Below, piece after piece: positions 52,327 to 64,000 of a DNA stretch of 64,000 bases. The notes under the pieces were generated by a model. The model was given only the letters and a program-made list of their open reading frames with translations, did no database searches and was not told where the DNA came from. Every line of letters starts with the position of its first letter. Within the stretch, counting starts at the first letter, position 1. A program made the position numbers and the translations under genes. This DNA comes from the human T2T-CHM13v2.0 reference genome, Homo sapiens. Location of the stretch: assembly GCF_009914755.1 (NCBI RefSeq), contig NC_060928.1, one strand, 5' to 3'.

Positions 52327-55300
52327 CATTCTCAGAAACTTGTTTGTGATGTGTGTATTCAACTAACAGAGTTGAACTTTTGTTTTTACAGAGCCGTTTT
52401 AAAACACTCTTTTTGTGGAATCAGAAAGTGGATATTCGGATGGCTCTGAGGATTTCGTTGGAAGCGGGATTACATATAAAATCTAGAGAGAAGCATTCTC
52501 AGGAACTTCTTTGTGATGTTTGCATTGAAGTCACAGAATTGAACATTCACTTTGATAGAGCAGGTTTGAAACACTCATTCTGTAGTATCTGGAAGTGGAC
52601 ATTTCAAGCGCTTTCAGGCCTATGGTGAGAAAGGAAATATCTTCGAATAAAAACTAGACAGAAGCATCCTCAGAAACTTATTTGTGATGTGTGTCCTCAA
52701 CTAACAGAGTTGAAACTTTGTTTTGATACAGCATTTTGGAAACACTCTTTTTGTAGAATCTGCAGGTGGATATTTGGATAGCTTAGAGGGATTCGTTGGA
52801 AAGGGGATATCTTCATATAAAATCTAGACAGAAGCATTCTCAGAAACTTATTTGTGATGTGTGTCCTCAACTAACAGAGTTGAACCTTGGTTTTGATACA
52901 GCATTTTGGAAACACTCCTTTTGTAGAATCTGCAGGTGGATATGTGGATAGCTCTGAAGATTTCGTTGGAAACGGGAATTTCTTCATATAAAATCAAACA
53001 GAAGCATTCTCAGAAACTTCTCAGTGATGTTTGCATTCAGCTCATGGAGTTGAACACTTCCTTTCATAGAGCCGGTTTGAAACACTCTTTCTGCACTACC
53101 TGGAAGAGGACATTTCGAGCGCTTTGAGTCCTATGGTGAAAAAGGAAATATCTTCTCATAAAAACCAGAAAGAAGCATTCTCAGAAACTTCTTTGTGTTG
53201 TGTGTACTCAAGTAACAGTGTTGAACCTTCCTTTTGACACAGCAGTTTTGAAACACTCTTTTGGTAGAATCTGCAAGTGGATATTTGGATAGCTTTGAGG
53301 ATTTCGTTGGAAACGGGTTATCTTCATATAAAATCCAGACAGGAGCATTCTCAGAAACTTCTTTGTGCTGCATGTCCTCAATTCACAGAGCTGAACCTTT
53401 GTTTGGATACAGCATTTTGGAAACATTCCTTTAGTAGAATCTGCAAGTTGATATTTAGATAGCTTTGAAGATTTCGTTGGAAACGGGAATATCTTCATAG
53501 AAAATCTAGACGGAAGCATTCTCAGAAACTGCTTTTTGATGTTTGCATTCAAGTCACAGAGTTGAATATTCCCTTTTATAGAGTAGGTTTGAAACACTCT
53601 TTCGGCACTACCTGGAAGTGGATATTTCGAGCTCTTTGAGGCCTATGGTTAAAAGGAAATATCTTCCCATAAAAACTAGACAGAAGCCGTCTCAGAAACT
53701 TGTTTGTGATGTGTGTATTCAACTAACAGAGTTGAACATTTCTGTTACAGAGCAATTTTAAAACACTCTTTTTGTGGAATCTGAAAGTGGATAATTGGAT
53801 AGCTTTGTGGATTTCGTTGGAAACGGGATGACGTATAAAATCTAGAGAGAAGCATTCTCAGGAACTTCTTTCTGATGTTTGCATTCAAGTCACAGAATTG
53901 AACATTCCTTTTCATAGTGCAGGTTTGAAACACTCTTTCTGTAGTATCTGGAAGTGGACATTTCAAGCGCTTTCAGGCCTATGGTGAGAAAGGAAATATC
54001 TTCGAATAAAAACTAGACAGAAGCATCCTCAGAAACTTATTTGTGATGTGTGTCCTCAACTAACAGAGTTGAAACTTTGTTTTGATACAGCATTTTGGAA
54101 ACACTCTTTTTGTAGAATCTGCAGGTGGATATTTGGATAGCTTAGAGGGATTCGTTGGAAAGGGGATATCTTCATATAAAATCTAGACAGAAGCATTCTC
54201 AGAAACTTATTTGTGATGTGTGTCCTCAACTAACAGAGTTGAACCTTGGTTTTGATACAGCATTTTGGAAACACTCCTTTTGTAGAATCTGCAGGTGGAT
54301 ATGTGGATAGCTCTGAAGATTTCGTTGGAAACGGGAATTTCTTCATATAAAATCAAACAGAAGCATTCTCAGAAACTTCTCAGTGATGTTTGCATTCAGC
54401 TCATGGAGTTGAACACTTCCTTTCATAGAGCCGGTTTGAAACACTCTTTCTGCACTACCTGGAAGAGGACATTTCGAGCGCTTTGACTCCTATGGTGAAA
54501 AAGGAAATATCTTCTCATAAAAACCAGAAAGAAGCATTCTCAGAAACTTCTTTGTGTTGTGTGTACTCATGTAACAGTGTTGAACCTTCCTTTTGACACA
54601 GCAGTTTTGAAACACTCTTTTGGTAGAATCTGCAAGTGGATATTTGGATAGCTTTGAGGATTTCGTTGGAAACGGGTTATCTTCATATAAAATCCAGACA
54701 GGAGCATTCTCAGAAACTTCTTTGTGCTGCATGTCCTCAATTCACAGAGCTGAACCTTTGTTTGGATACAGCATTTTGGAGACATTCCTTTAGTAGAATC
54801 TGCAAGTTGATATTTAGATAGCTTTGAAGATTTCGTTGGAAACGGGAATATCTTCATAGAAAATCTAGACGGAAGCATTCTCAGAAACTGCTTTGTGATG
54901 TTTGCATTCAAGTCACAGAGTTGAATATTCCCTTTTATAGAGTAGGTTTGAAACACTCTTTCGGCACTACCTGGAAGTGGATATTTCGAGCTCTTTGAGG
55001 CCTATGGTTAAAAGGAAATATCTTCCCATAAAAACTAGACAGAAGCCGTCTCAGAAACTTGTTTGTGATGTGTGTATTCAACTAACAGAGTTGAACATTT
55101 CTGTTACAGAGCAATTTTAAAACACTCTTTTTGTGGAATCTGAAAGTGGATAATTGGATAGCTTTGTGGATTTCGTTGGAAACGGGATGACGTATAAAAT
55201 CTAGAGAGAAGCATTCTCAGGAACTTCTTTCTGATGTTTGCATTCAAGTCACAGAATTGAACATTCCTTTTCATAGTGCAGGTTTGAAACACTCTTTCTG

Positions 55301-56236
55301 TAGTATCTGGAAGTGGACATTTCAAGCGCTTTCAGGCCTACGGGGAGAAAGGAAATATCTTCAAATAAAAACTAGACAGAAGGATTCTCAGAAACTTATT
55401 TGTGATGTGTGTCCTAAACGAACACAGTTGAACCTTTGTTTTGATACAGCATTTTGGAAACACTCCTTTTGTAGGATCTGCAGGTGGATATTTGGATAGA
55501 TTTTAAGATTTCGTTGGAAACGGGAGTTTCTTCATAGAAACTCAAGACAGATGCATTCTCAGAAACATCTCTGTGATGTTTGCATTCCACTCATAGAGTT
55601 GAAAACTTCCTTTCATAGAGCAGGTTTGAAACACTCTTTTTGTAATATTTGGAAGTGGACATTTGCAGCGCTTTGAGGCCTATGGTGAAAAAGGAAATAT
55701 CTTCTCATAAAAACCAGAAACAAGCATTCTCAGAAACTTCTTTTTGATGTGTGTACTCAAGTAACAGAGTTGAACCTTCCTTTTGACACAGCAGTTTTGA
55801 AACAATCTTTTTGTAGAATCTGCAAGTGGATATTTGGATAGCTTTGAGGATTTCGTTGGAAACGGGATATCTTCATATAAAATCTAGACAGAAGCATTCT
55901 CAGAAACTTCTTTGTGCTGTATGTCCTCAATTAACAGAGTTGAACCATTGCTTGGATACAGCATTTTGGAAACATTCCTGGAGTAGAATCTGCAAGTTGA
56001 TATTTAGATAGATTTGAAGATTTCGTTGGAAAAGGGAATATCTCCATATAAAATCTAGAGGGAAGCATTCTCAGAAACTGCTTTGTGATGTTTCCATTCA
56101 AGTCACAGAGTTGAATATTCCCTTTTATAGAGCACGTTTGAAACACTCTTTCTGCACTATCTGGAAGTGGACATTTCGAGCGCTTTGAGGCCTATGGTGA
56201 AAAAGGAAATATCTTCCCATAAAAACTAGACAGAAG
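52327..56236 (+). repeat. 23-monomer composite (3910 bp): 8-mer variant (1359 bp) plus 15-mer
   Basis: Spacing 52353->56263 = 3910; MDMWIAL ORF at 52936 and 54295 (1359 apart); m14 switches to m2 at ~53936-53982. Confidence 0.9.
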
Positions 56237-59200
56237 CATTCTCAGAAACTTGTTTGTGATGTGTGTATTCAACTAACAGAGTTGAACTTTTGTTTTTACA
56301 GAGCCGTTTTAAAACACTCTTTTTGTGGAATCAGAAAGTGGATATTCGGATGGCTCTGAGGATTTCGTTGGAAGCGGGATTACATATAAAATCTAGAGAG
56401 AAGCATTCTCAGGAACTTCTTTGTGATGTTTGCATTGAAGTCACAGAATTGAACATTCACTTTGATAGAGCAGGTTTGAAACACTCATTCTGTAGTATCT
56501 GGAAGTGGACATTTCAAGCGCTTTCAGGCCTATGGTGAGAAAGGAAATATCTTCGAATAAAAACTAGACAGAAGCATCCTCAGAAACTTATTTGTGATGT
56601 GTGTCCTCAACTAACAGAGTTGAAACTTTGTTTTGATACAGCATTTTGGAAACACTCTTTTTGTAGAATCTGCAGGTGGATATTTGGATAGCTTAGAGGG
56701 ATTCGTTGGAAAGGGGATATCTTCATATAAAATCTAGACAGAAGCATTCTCAGAAACTTATTTGTGATGTGTGTCCTCAACTAACAGAGTTGAACCTTGG
56801 TTTTGATACAGCATTTTGGAAACACTCCTTTTGTAGAATCTGCAGGTGGATATGTGGATAGCTCTGAAGATTTCGTTGGAAACGGGAATTTCTTCATATA
56901 AAATCAAACAGAAGCATTCTCAGAAACTTCTCAGTGATGTTTGCATTCAGCTCATGGAGTTGAACACTTCCTTTCATAGAGCCGGTTTGAAACACTCTTT
57001 CTGCACTACCTGGAAGAGGACATTTCGAGCGCTTTGAGTCCTATGGTGAAAAAGGAAATATCTTCTCATAAAAACCAGAAAGAAGCATTCTCAGAAACTT
57101 CTTTGTGTTGTGTGTACTCATGTAACAGTGTTGAACCATCCTTTTGACAGAGCAGTTTTGAAACACTCTTTTTGTAGAATCTGCAAGTGGATATTTGGAT
57201 AGCTTTGAGGATTTCGTTGGAAACGGGATGACATATAATATCTAGAGAGAAGCATTCTCAGGAACTTCTTTGTGATGTTTGCATTCAAGTCACAGAATTG
57301 AACATTCCCTTTCATAGAGCAGGTTTGAAACACTCTTTCTCTAGTATCTGGAAGTGGGCATTTCAAGCGCTTTCAGGCCTATGGAGAGAAAGGAAATACC
57401 TTCAAATAAAAACTAGACAGAAGCATTCTCAGAAACTTATTTGTGATGTGTGTCCTCAACTAACAGAGTTGAACCTTTGTTTTGATACAGCATTTTGGAA
57501 ACACTCCTTTTGTAGAATCTGCAGGTGGATATTTGGATAGCTTTGAAGATTTCGTTGGAAACCGGAATATCTTCATATAAAATCAAGACAGAAGCATTCT
57601 CGGAAACATCTCTGTGATGTTTGCATTCAACTCAGTAGAGTTGAACACTTCCTTTCATAGAGCAGGTTTGAAACACTCTTTCTGCACTACCTGGAAGCGG
57701 ACATTTCGAGCGCTTTGAGGCCTATGGTGAAAAAGGAAATATCTTCTCATAAAAACCAGAAAGAAGCATTCTCAGAAACTTCTTTGTGTTGTGTGTACTC
57801 AAGTAACAGTGTTGAACCTTCCTTTTGACACAGCAGTTTTGAAACACTCTTTTGGTAGAATCTGCAAGTGGATATTTGGATAGCTTTGAGGATTTCGTTG
57901 GAAACGGGTTATCTTCATATAAAATCCAGACAGGAGCATTCTCAGAAACTTCTTTGTGCTGCATGTCCTCAATTCACAGAGCTGAACCTTTGTTTGGATA
58001 CAGCATTTTGGAAACATTCCTTTAGTAGAATCTGCAAGTTGATATTTAGATAGCTTTGAAGATTTCGTTGGAAACGGGAATATCTTCATAGAAAATCTAG
58101 ACGGAAGCATTCTCAGAAACTGCTTTGTGATGTTTGCATTCAAGTCACAGAGTTGAATATTCCCTTTTATAGAGTAGGTTTGAAACACTCTTTCGGCACT
58201 ACCTGGAAGTGGATATTTCGAGCTCTTTGAGGCCTATGGTTAAAAGGAAATATCTTCCCATAAAAACTAGACAGAAGCCGTCTCAGAAACTTGTTTGTGA
58301 TGTGTGTATTCAACTAACAGAGTTGAACATTTCAGTTACAGAGCAATTTTAAAACACTCTTTTTGTGGAATCTGAAAGTGGATAATTGGATAGCTTTGTG
58401 GATTTCGTTGGAAACGGGATGACGTATAAAATCTGGAGAGAAGCATTCTCAGGAACTTCTTTCTGATGTTTGCATTCAAGTCACAGAATTGAACATTCCT
58501 TTTCATAGTGCAGGTTTGAAACACTCTTTCTGTAGTATCTGGAAGTGGACATTTCAAGCGCTTTCAGGCCTACGGGGAGAAAGGAAATATCTTCAAATAA
58601 AAACTAGACAGAAGGATTCTCAGAAACTTATTTGTGATGTGTGTCCTAAACGAACACAGTTGAACCTTTGTTTTGATACAGCATTTTGGAAACACTCCTT
58701 TTGTAGGATCTGCAGGTGGATATTTGGATAGATTTTAAGATTTCGTTGGAAACGGGAGTTTCTTCATAGAAACTCAAGACAGATGCATTCTCAGAAACAT
58801 CTCTGTGATGTTTGCATTCCACTCATAGAGTTGAAAACTTCCTTTCATAGAGCAGGTTTGAAACACTCTTTTTGTAATATTTGGAAGTGGACATTTGCAG
58901 CGCTTTGAGGCCTATGGTGAAAAAGGAAATATCTTCTCATAAAAACCAGAAACAAGCATTCTCAGAAACTTCTTTTTGATGTGTGTACTCAAGTAACAGA
59001 GTTGAACCTTCCTTTTGACACAGCAGTTTTGAAACAATCTTTTTGTAGAATCTGCAAGTGGATATTTGGATAGCTTTGAGGATTTCGTTGGAAACGGGAT
59101 ATCTTCATATAAAATCTAGACAGAAGCATTCTCAGAAACTTCTTTGTGCTGTATGTCCTCAATTAACAGAGTTGAACCATTGCTTGGATACAGCATTTTG

Positions 59201-62200
59201 GAAACATTCCTTGAGTAGAATCTGCAAGTTGATATTTAGATAGATTTGAAGATTTCGTTGGAAAAGGGAATATCTCCATATAAAATCTAGAGGGAAGCAT
59301 TCTCAGAAACTGCTTTGTGATGTTTCCATTCAAGTCACAGAGTTGAATATTCCCTTTTATAGAGCACGTTTGAAACACTCTTTCTGCACTATCTGGAAGT
59401 GGACATTTCGAGCGCTTTGAGGCCTATGGTGAAAAAGGAAATATCTTCCCATAAAAACTAGACAGAAGCATTCTCAGAAACTTGTTCGTGATGTGTGTAT
59501 TCAACTAACAGAGTTGAAATTTTGTTTTTACAGAGCCGTTTTAAAACACTCTTTTTGTGGAATCAGAAAGTGGATATTCGGATGGCTCTGAGGATTTCGT
59601 TGGAAGCGGGATTACATATAAAATCTAGAGAGAAGCATTCTCAGGAACTTCTTTGTGATGTTTGCATTGAAGTCACAGAATTGAACATTCACTTTGATAG
59701 AGCAGGTTTGAAACACTCATTCTGTAGTATCTGGAAGTGGACATTTCAAGCGCTTTCAGGCCTATGGTGAGAAAGGAAATATCTTCGAATAAAAACTAGA
59801 CAGAAGCATCCTCAGAAACTTATTTGTGATGTGTGTCCTCAACTAACTGAGTTGAAACTTTGTTTTGATACAGCATTTTGGAAACACTCTTTTTGAAGAA
59901 TCTGCAGGTGGATATTTGGATAGCTTAGAGGGATTCGTTGGAAAGGGGATATCTTCATATAAAATCTAGACAGAAGCATTCTCAGAAACTTATTTGTGAT
60001 GTGTGTCCTCAATTAACAGAGTTGAACCTTGGTTTTGATACAGCATTTTGGAAACACTCCTTTTGTAGAATCTGCAGGTGGATATGTGGATAGCTCTGAA
60101 GATTTCGTTGGAAACGGGAATTTCTTCATATAAAATCAAACAGAAGCATTCTCAGAAACTTCTCAGTGATGTTTGCATTCAGCTCATGGAGTTGAACACT
60201 TCCTTTCATAGAGCCGGTTTGAAACACTCTTTCTGCACTACCTGGAAGAGGACATTTCGAGCGCTTTGAGTCCTATGGTGAAAAAGGAAATATCTTCTCA
60301 TAAAAACCAGAAAGAAGCATTCTCAGAAACTTCTTTGTGTTGTGTGTACTCATGTAACAGTGTTGAACCATCCTTTTGACAGAGCAGTTTTGAAACACTC
60401 TTTTTGTAGAATCTGCAAGTGGATATTTGGATAGCTTTGAGGATTTCGTTGGAAACGGGATGACATATAATATCTAGAGAGAAGCATTCTCAGGAACTTC
60501 TTTGTGATGTTTGCATTCAAGTAACAGAATTGAACATTCCCTTTCATAGAGCAGGTTTGAAACACTCTTTCTCTAGTATCTGGAAGTGGGCATTTCAAGC
60601 GCTTTCAGGCCTATGGAGAGAAAGGAAATACCTTCAAATAAAAACTAGACAGAAGCATTCTCAGAAACTTATTTGTGATGTGTGTCCTCAACTAACAGAG
60701 TTGAACCTTTGTTTTGATACAGCATTTTGGAAACACTCCTTTTGTAGAATCTGCAGGTGGATATTTGGATAGCTTTGAAGATTTCGTTGGAAACCGGAAT
60801 ATCTTCATATAAAATCAAGACAGAAGCATTCTCGGAAACATCTCTGTGATGTTTGCATTCAACTCAGTAGAGTTGAACACTTCCTTTCATAGAGCAGGTT
60901 TGAAACACTCTTTCTGCACTACCTGGAAGCGGACATTTCGAGCGCTTTGAGGCCTATGGTGAAAAAGGAAATATCTTCTCATAAAAACCAGAAAGAAGCA
61001 TTCTCAGAAACTTCTTTGTGTTGTGTGTACTCAAGTAACAGTGTTGAACCTTCCTTTTGACACAGCAGTTTTGAAACACTCTTTTGGTAGAATCTGCAAG
61101 TGGATATTTGGATAGCTTTGAGGATTTCGTTGGAAACGGGTTATCTTCATATAAAATCCAGACAGGAGCATTCTCAGAAACTTCTTTGTGCTGCATGTCC
61201 TCAATTCACAGAGCTGAACCTTTGTTTGGATACAGCATTTTGGAAACATTCCTTTAGTAGAATCTGCAAGTTGATATTTAGATAGCTTTGAAGATTTCGT
61301 TGGAAACGGGAATATCTTCATAGAAAATCTAGACGGAAGCATTCTCAGAAACTGCTTTGTGATGTTTGCATTCAAGTCACAGAGTTGAATATTCCCTTTT
61401 ATAGAGTAGGTTTGAAACACTCTTTCGGCACTACCTGGAAGTGGATATTTCGAGCTCTTTGAGGCCTATGGTTAAAAGGAAATATCTTCCCATAAAAACT
61501 AGACAGAAGCCGTCTCAGAAACTTGTTTGTGATGTGTGTATTCAACTAACAGAGTTGAACATTTCTGTTACAGAGCAATTTTAAAACACTCTTTTTGTGG
61601 AATCTGAAAGTGGATAATTGGATAGCTTTGTGGATTTCGTTGGAAACGGGATGACGTATAAAATCTAGAGAGAAGCATTCTCAGGAACTTCTTTCTGATG
61701 TTTGCATTCAAGTCACAGAATTGAACATTCCTTTTCATAGTGCAGGTTTGAAACACTCTTTCTGTAGTATCTGGAAGTGGACATTTCAAGCGCTTTCAGG
61801 CCTACGGGGAGAAAGGAAATATCTTCAAATAAAAACTAGACAGAAGGATTCTCAGAAACTTATTTGTGATGTGTGTCCTAAACGAACACAGTTGAACCTT
61901 TGTTTTGATACAGCATTTTGGAAACACTCCTTTTGTAGGATCTGCAGGTGGATATTTGGATAGATTTTAAGATTTCGTTGGAAACGGGAGTTTCTTCATA
62001 GAAACTCAAGACAGATGCATTCTCAGAAACATCTCTGTGATGTTTGCATTCCACTCATAGAGTTGAAAACTTCCTTTCATAGAGCAGGTTTGAAACACTC
62101 TTTTTGTAATATTTGGAAGTGGACATTTGCAGCGCTTTGAGGCCTATGGTGAAAAAGGAAATATCTTCTCATAAAAACCAGAAACAAGCATTCTCAGAAA

Positions 62201-62700
62201 CTTCTTTTTGATGTGTGTACTCAAGTAACAGAGTTGAACCTTCCTTTTGACACAGCAGTTTTGAAACAATCTTTTTGTAGAATCTGCAAGTGGATATTTG
62301 GATAGCTTTGAGGATTTCGTTGGAAACGGGATATCTTCATATAAAATCTAGACAGAAGCATTCTCAGAAACTTCTTTGTGCTGTATGTCCTCAATTAACA
62401 GAGTTGAACCATTGCTTGGATACAGCATTTTGGAAACATTCCTTGAGTAGAATCTGCAAGTTGATATTTAGATAGATTTGAAGATTTCGTTGGAAAAGGG
62501 AATATCTCCATATAAAATCTAGAGGGAAGCATTCTCAGAAACTGCTTTGTGATGTTTCCATTCAAGTCACAGAGTTGAATATTCCCTTTTATAGAGCACG
62601 TTTGAAACACTCTTTCTGCACTATCTGGAAGTGGACATTTCGAGCGCTTTGAGGCCTATGGTGAAAAAGGAAATATCTTCCCATAAAAACTAGACAGAAG
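56237..62700 (+). repeat. Two canonical 19-mer HOR copies (starts 56237, 59469)
   Basis: Marker ORF at 56263, 59495, 62727 (3232 each). Confidence 0.95.
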
Positions 62701-64000
62701 CATTCTCAGAAACTTGTTTGTGATGTGTGTATTCAACTAACAGAGTTGAACTTTTGTTTTTACAGAGCCGTTTTAAAACACTCTTTTTGTGGAATCAGAA
62801 AGTGGATATTCGGATGGCTCTGAGGATTTCGTTGGAAGCGGGATTACATATAAAATCTAGAGAGAAGCATTCTCAGGAACTTCTTTGTGATGTTTGCATT
62901 GAAGTCACAGAATTGAACATTCACTTTGATAGAGCAGGTTTGAAACACTCATTCTGTAGTATCTGGAAGTGGACATTTCAAGCGCTTTCAGGCCTATGGT
63001 GAGAAAGGAAATATCTTCGAATAAAAACTAGACAGAAGCATCCTCAGAAACTTATTTGTGATGTGTGTCCTCAACTAACAGAGTTGAAACTTTGTTTTGA
63101 TACAGCATTTTGGAAACACTCTTTTTGTAGAATCTGCAGGTGGATATTTGGATAGCTTAGAGGGATTCGTTGGAAAGGGGATATCTTCATATAAAATCTA
63201 GACAGAAGCATTCTCAGAAACTTATTTGTGATGTGTGTCCTCAGCTAACAGAGTTGAACCTTGGTTTTGATACAGCATTTTGGAAACACTCCTTTTGTAG
63301 AATCTGCAGGTGGATATGTGGATAGCTCTGAAGATTTCGTTGGAAACGGGAATTTCTTCATATAAAATCAAACAGAAGCATTCTCAGAAACTTCTCAGTG
63401 ATGTTTGCATTCAGCTCATGGAGTTGAACACTTCCTTTCATAGAGCCGGTTTGAAACACTCTTTCTGCACTACCTGGAAGAGGACATTTCGAGCGCTTTG
63501 AGTCCTATGGTGAAAAAGGAAATATCTTCTCATAAAAACCAGAAAGAAGCATTCTCAGAAACTTCTTTGTGTTGTGTGTACTCAAGTAACAGTGTTGAAC
63601 CTTCCTTTTGACACAGCAGTTTTGAAACACTCTTTTTGTAGAATCTGCAAGTGGATATTTGGATAGCTTTGAGGATTTCGTTGGAAACGGGTTATCTTCA
63701 TATAAAATCCAGACAGGAGCATTCTCAGAAACTTCTTTGTGCTGCATGTCCTCAATTCACAGAGCTGAACTTTTGTTTGGATACAGCATTTTGGAAACAT
63801 TCCTTTAGTAGAATCTGCAAGTTGATATTTAGATAGCTTTGAAGATTTCGTTGGAAACGGGAATATCTTCATAGAAAATCTAGACGGAAGCATTCTCAGA
63901 AACTGCTTTGTGATGTTTGCATTCAAGTCACAGAGTTGAATATTCCCTTTTATAGAGTAGGTTTGAAACACTCTTTCGGCACTACCTGGAAGTGGATATT
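62701..64000 (+). repeat. Partial HOR of 15-mer type (m1-m5, m10-m12), cut by window end
   Basis: m5 (GAGTCC at ~63500) is followed by a monomer ending m10-type GGGTTATC...CCAGACAGG (63689-63718). Confidence 0.88.

Larger units (their letters stand above)
1..64000 (+). repeat. Centromeric alpha satellite HOR array, 19-mer (~3232 bp); likely human chr4 D4Z1 (SF2)
   Basis: Head-to-tail 166-172-bp monomers starting CATTCTCAGAAACT; CENP-B boxes TTTCGTTGGAARCGGG; A-type monomers with GGTGAAAAAGGAAATATCTT; near-identical ORF translations recur every ~3232 bp. The alpha satellite call is certain; the chr4 assignment is recalled from HOR length (~0.85). Confidence 0.99.

Noticed and set aside
319-63971. 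Recurrent 61-152-aa ORFs on both strands (MYSTN..., MNIPFH..., MFQT..., MKCPLP...)
   Set aside because: Chance stop-free frames in satellite DNA. They recur with the HOR period, overlap in several frames, often use non-ATG starts and show no recognisable domain. I used them only as positional markers.
1-64000. CRISPR-like regular recurrence of AGAAGCATTCTCAGAAACT
   Set aside because: The intervening sequences are homologous monomer bodies of ~150 bp, not unique spacers, and there are no cas genes.
1-64000. Transposon insertion (L1/Alu), inversion or unique non-satellite island
   Set aside because: Every inter-marker distance is a whole number of monomers, CENP-B boxes stay on the + strand, and I saw no poly(A) tail, target-site duplication or foreign sequence.
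1-64000. Claim that this window is the CENP-A/kinetochore site
   Set aside because: High homogeneity and CENP-B boxes fit an active-type array, but kinetochore position is epigenetic and needs CENP-A or methylation data.

Overview
The whole 64-kb window is one uninterrupted, single-orientation array of primate centromeric alpha satellite (~171-bp monomers). It is organised as a 19-monomer higher-order repeat (HOR) of 3228-3232 bp with CENP-B boxes. The 19-mer/3.2-kb period and the roughly alternating A/B monomers best fit the human chromosome 4 active array (D4Z1, suprachromosomal family 2); this assignment is from recall, not from alignment. I found no genes, RNA genes, transposons, inversions or CRISPR arrays, and all ORFs are chance products of the repeat. 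I see no new gene-based biological system; the interest is in array architecture. Monomers are numbered m1-m19 from position 293 (my numbering, not the published one). The 21 complete m1-to-m1 intervals are 13 canonical 19-mers, two 11-mers, three 15-mers, one 12-mer, one 18-mer and one 23-monomer (8+15) composite. The 19-mer appears built from an ancestral 7-mer, and nearly all structural variants join paralogous monomers of that 7-mer. The 4-monomer-deletion junctions carry five different signatures. There are nested recent duplications, a sub-haplotype switch near 25 kb, and a spreading variant that destroys one CENP-B box. All variant calls were read by eye and need confirming by alignment.
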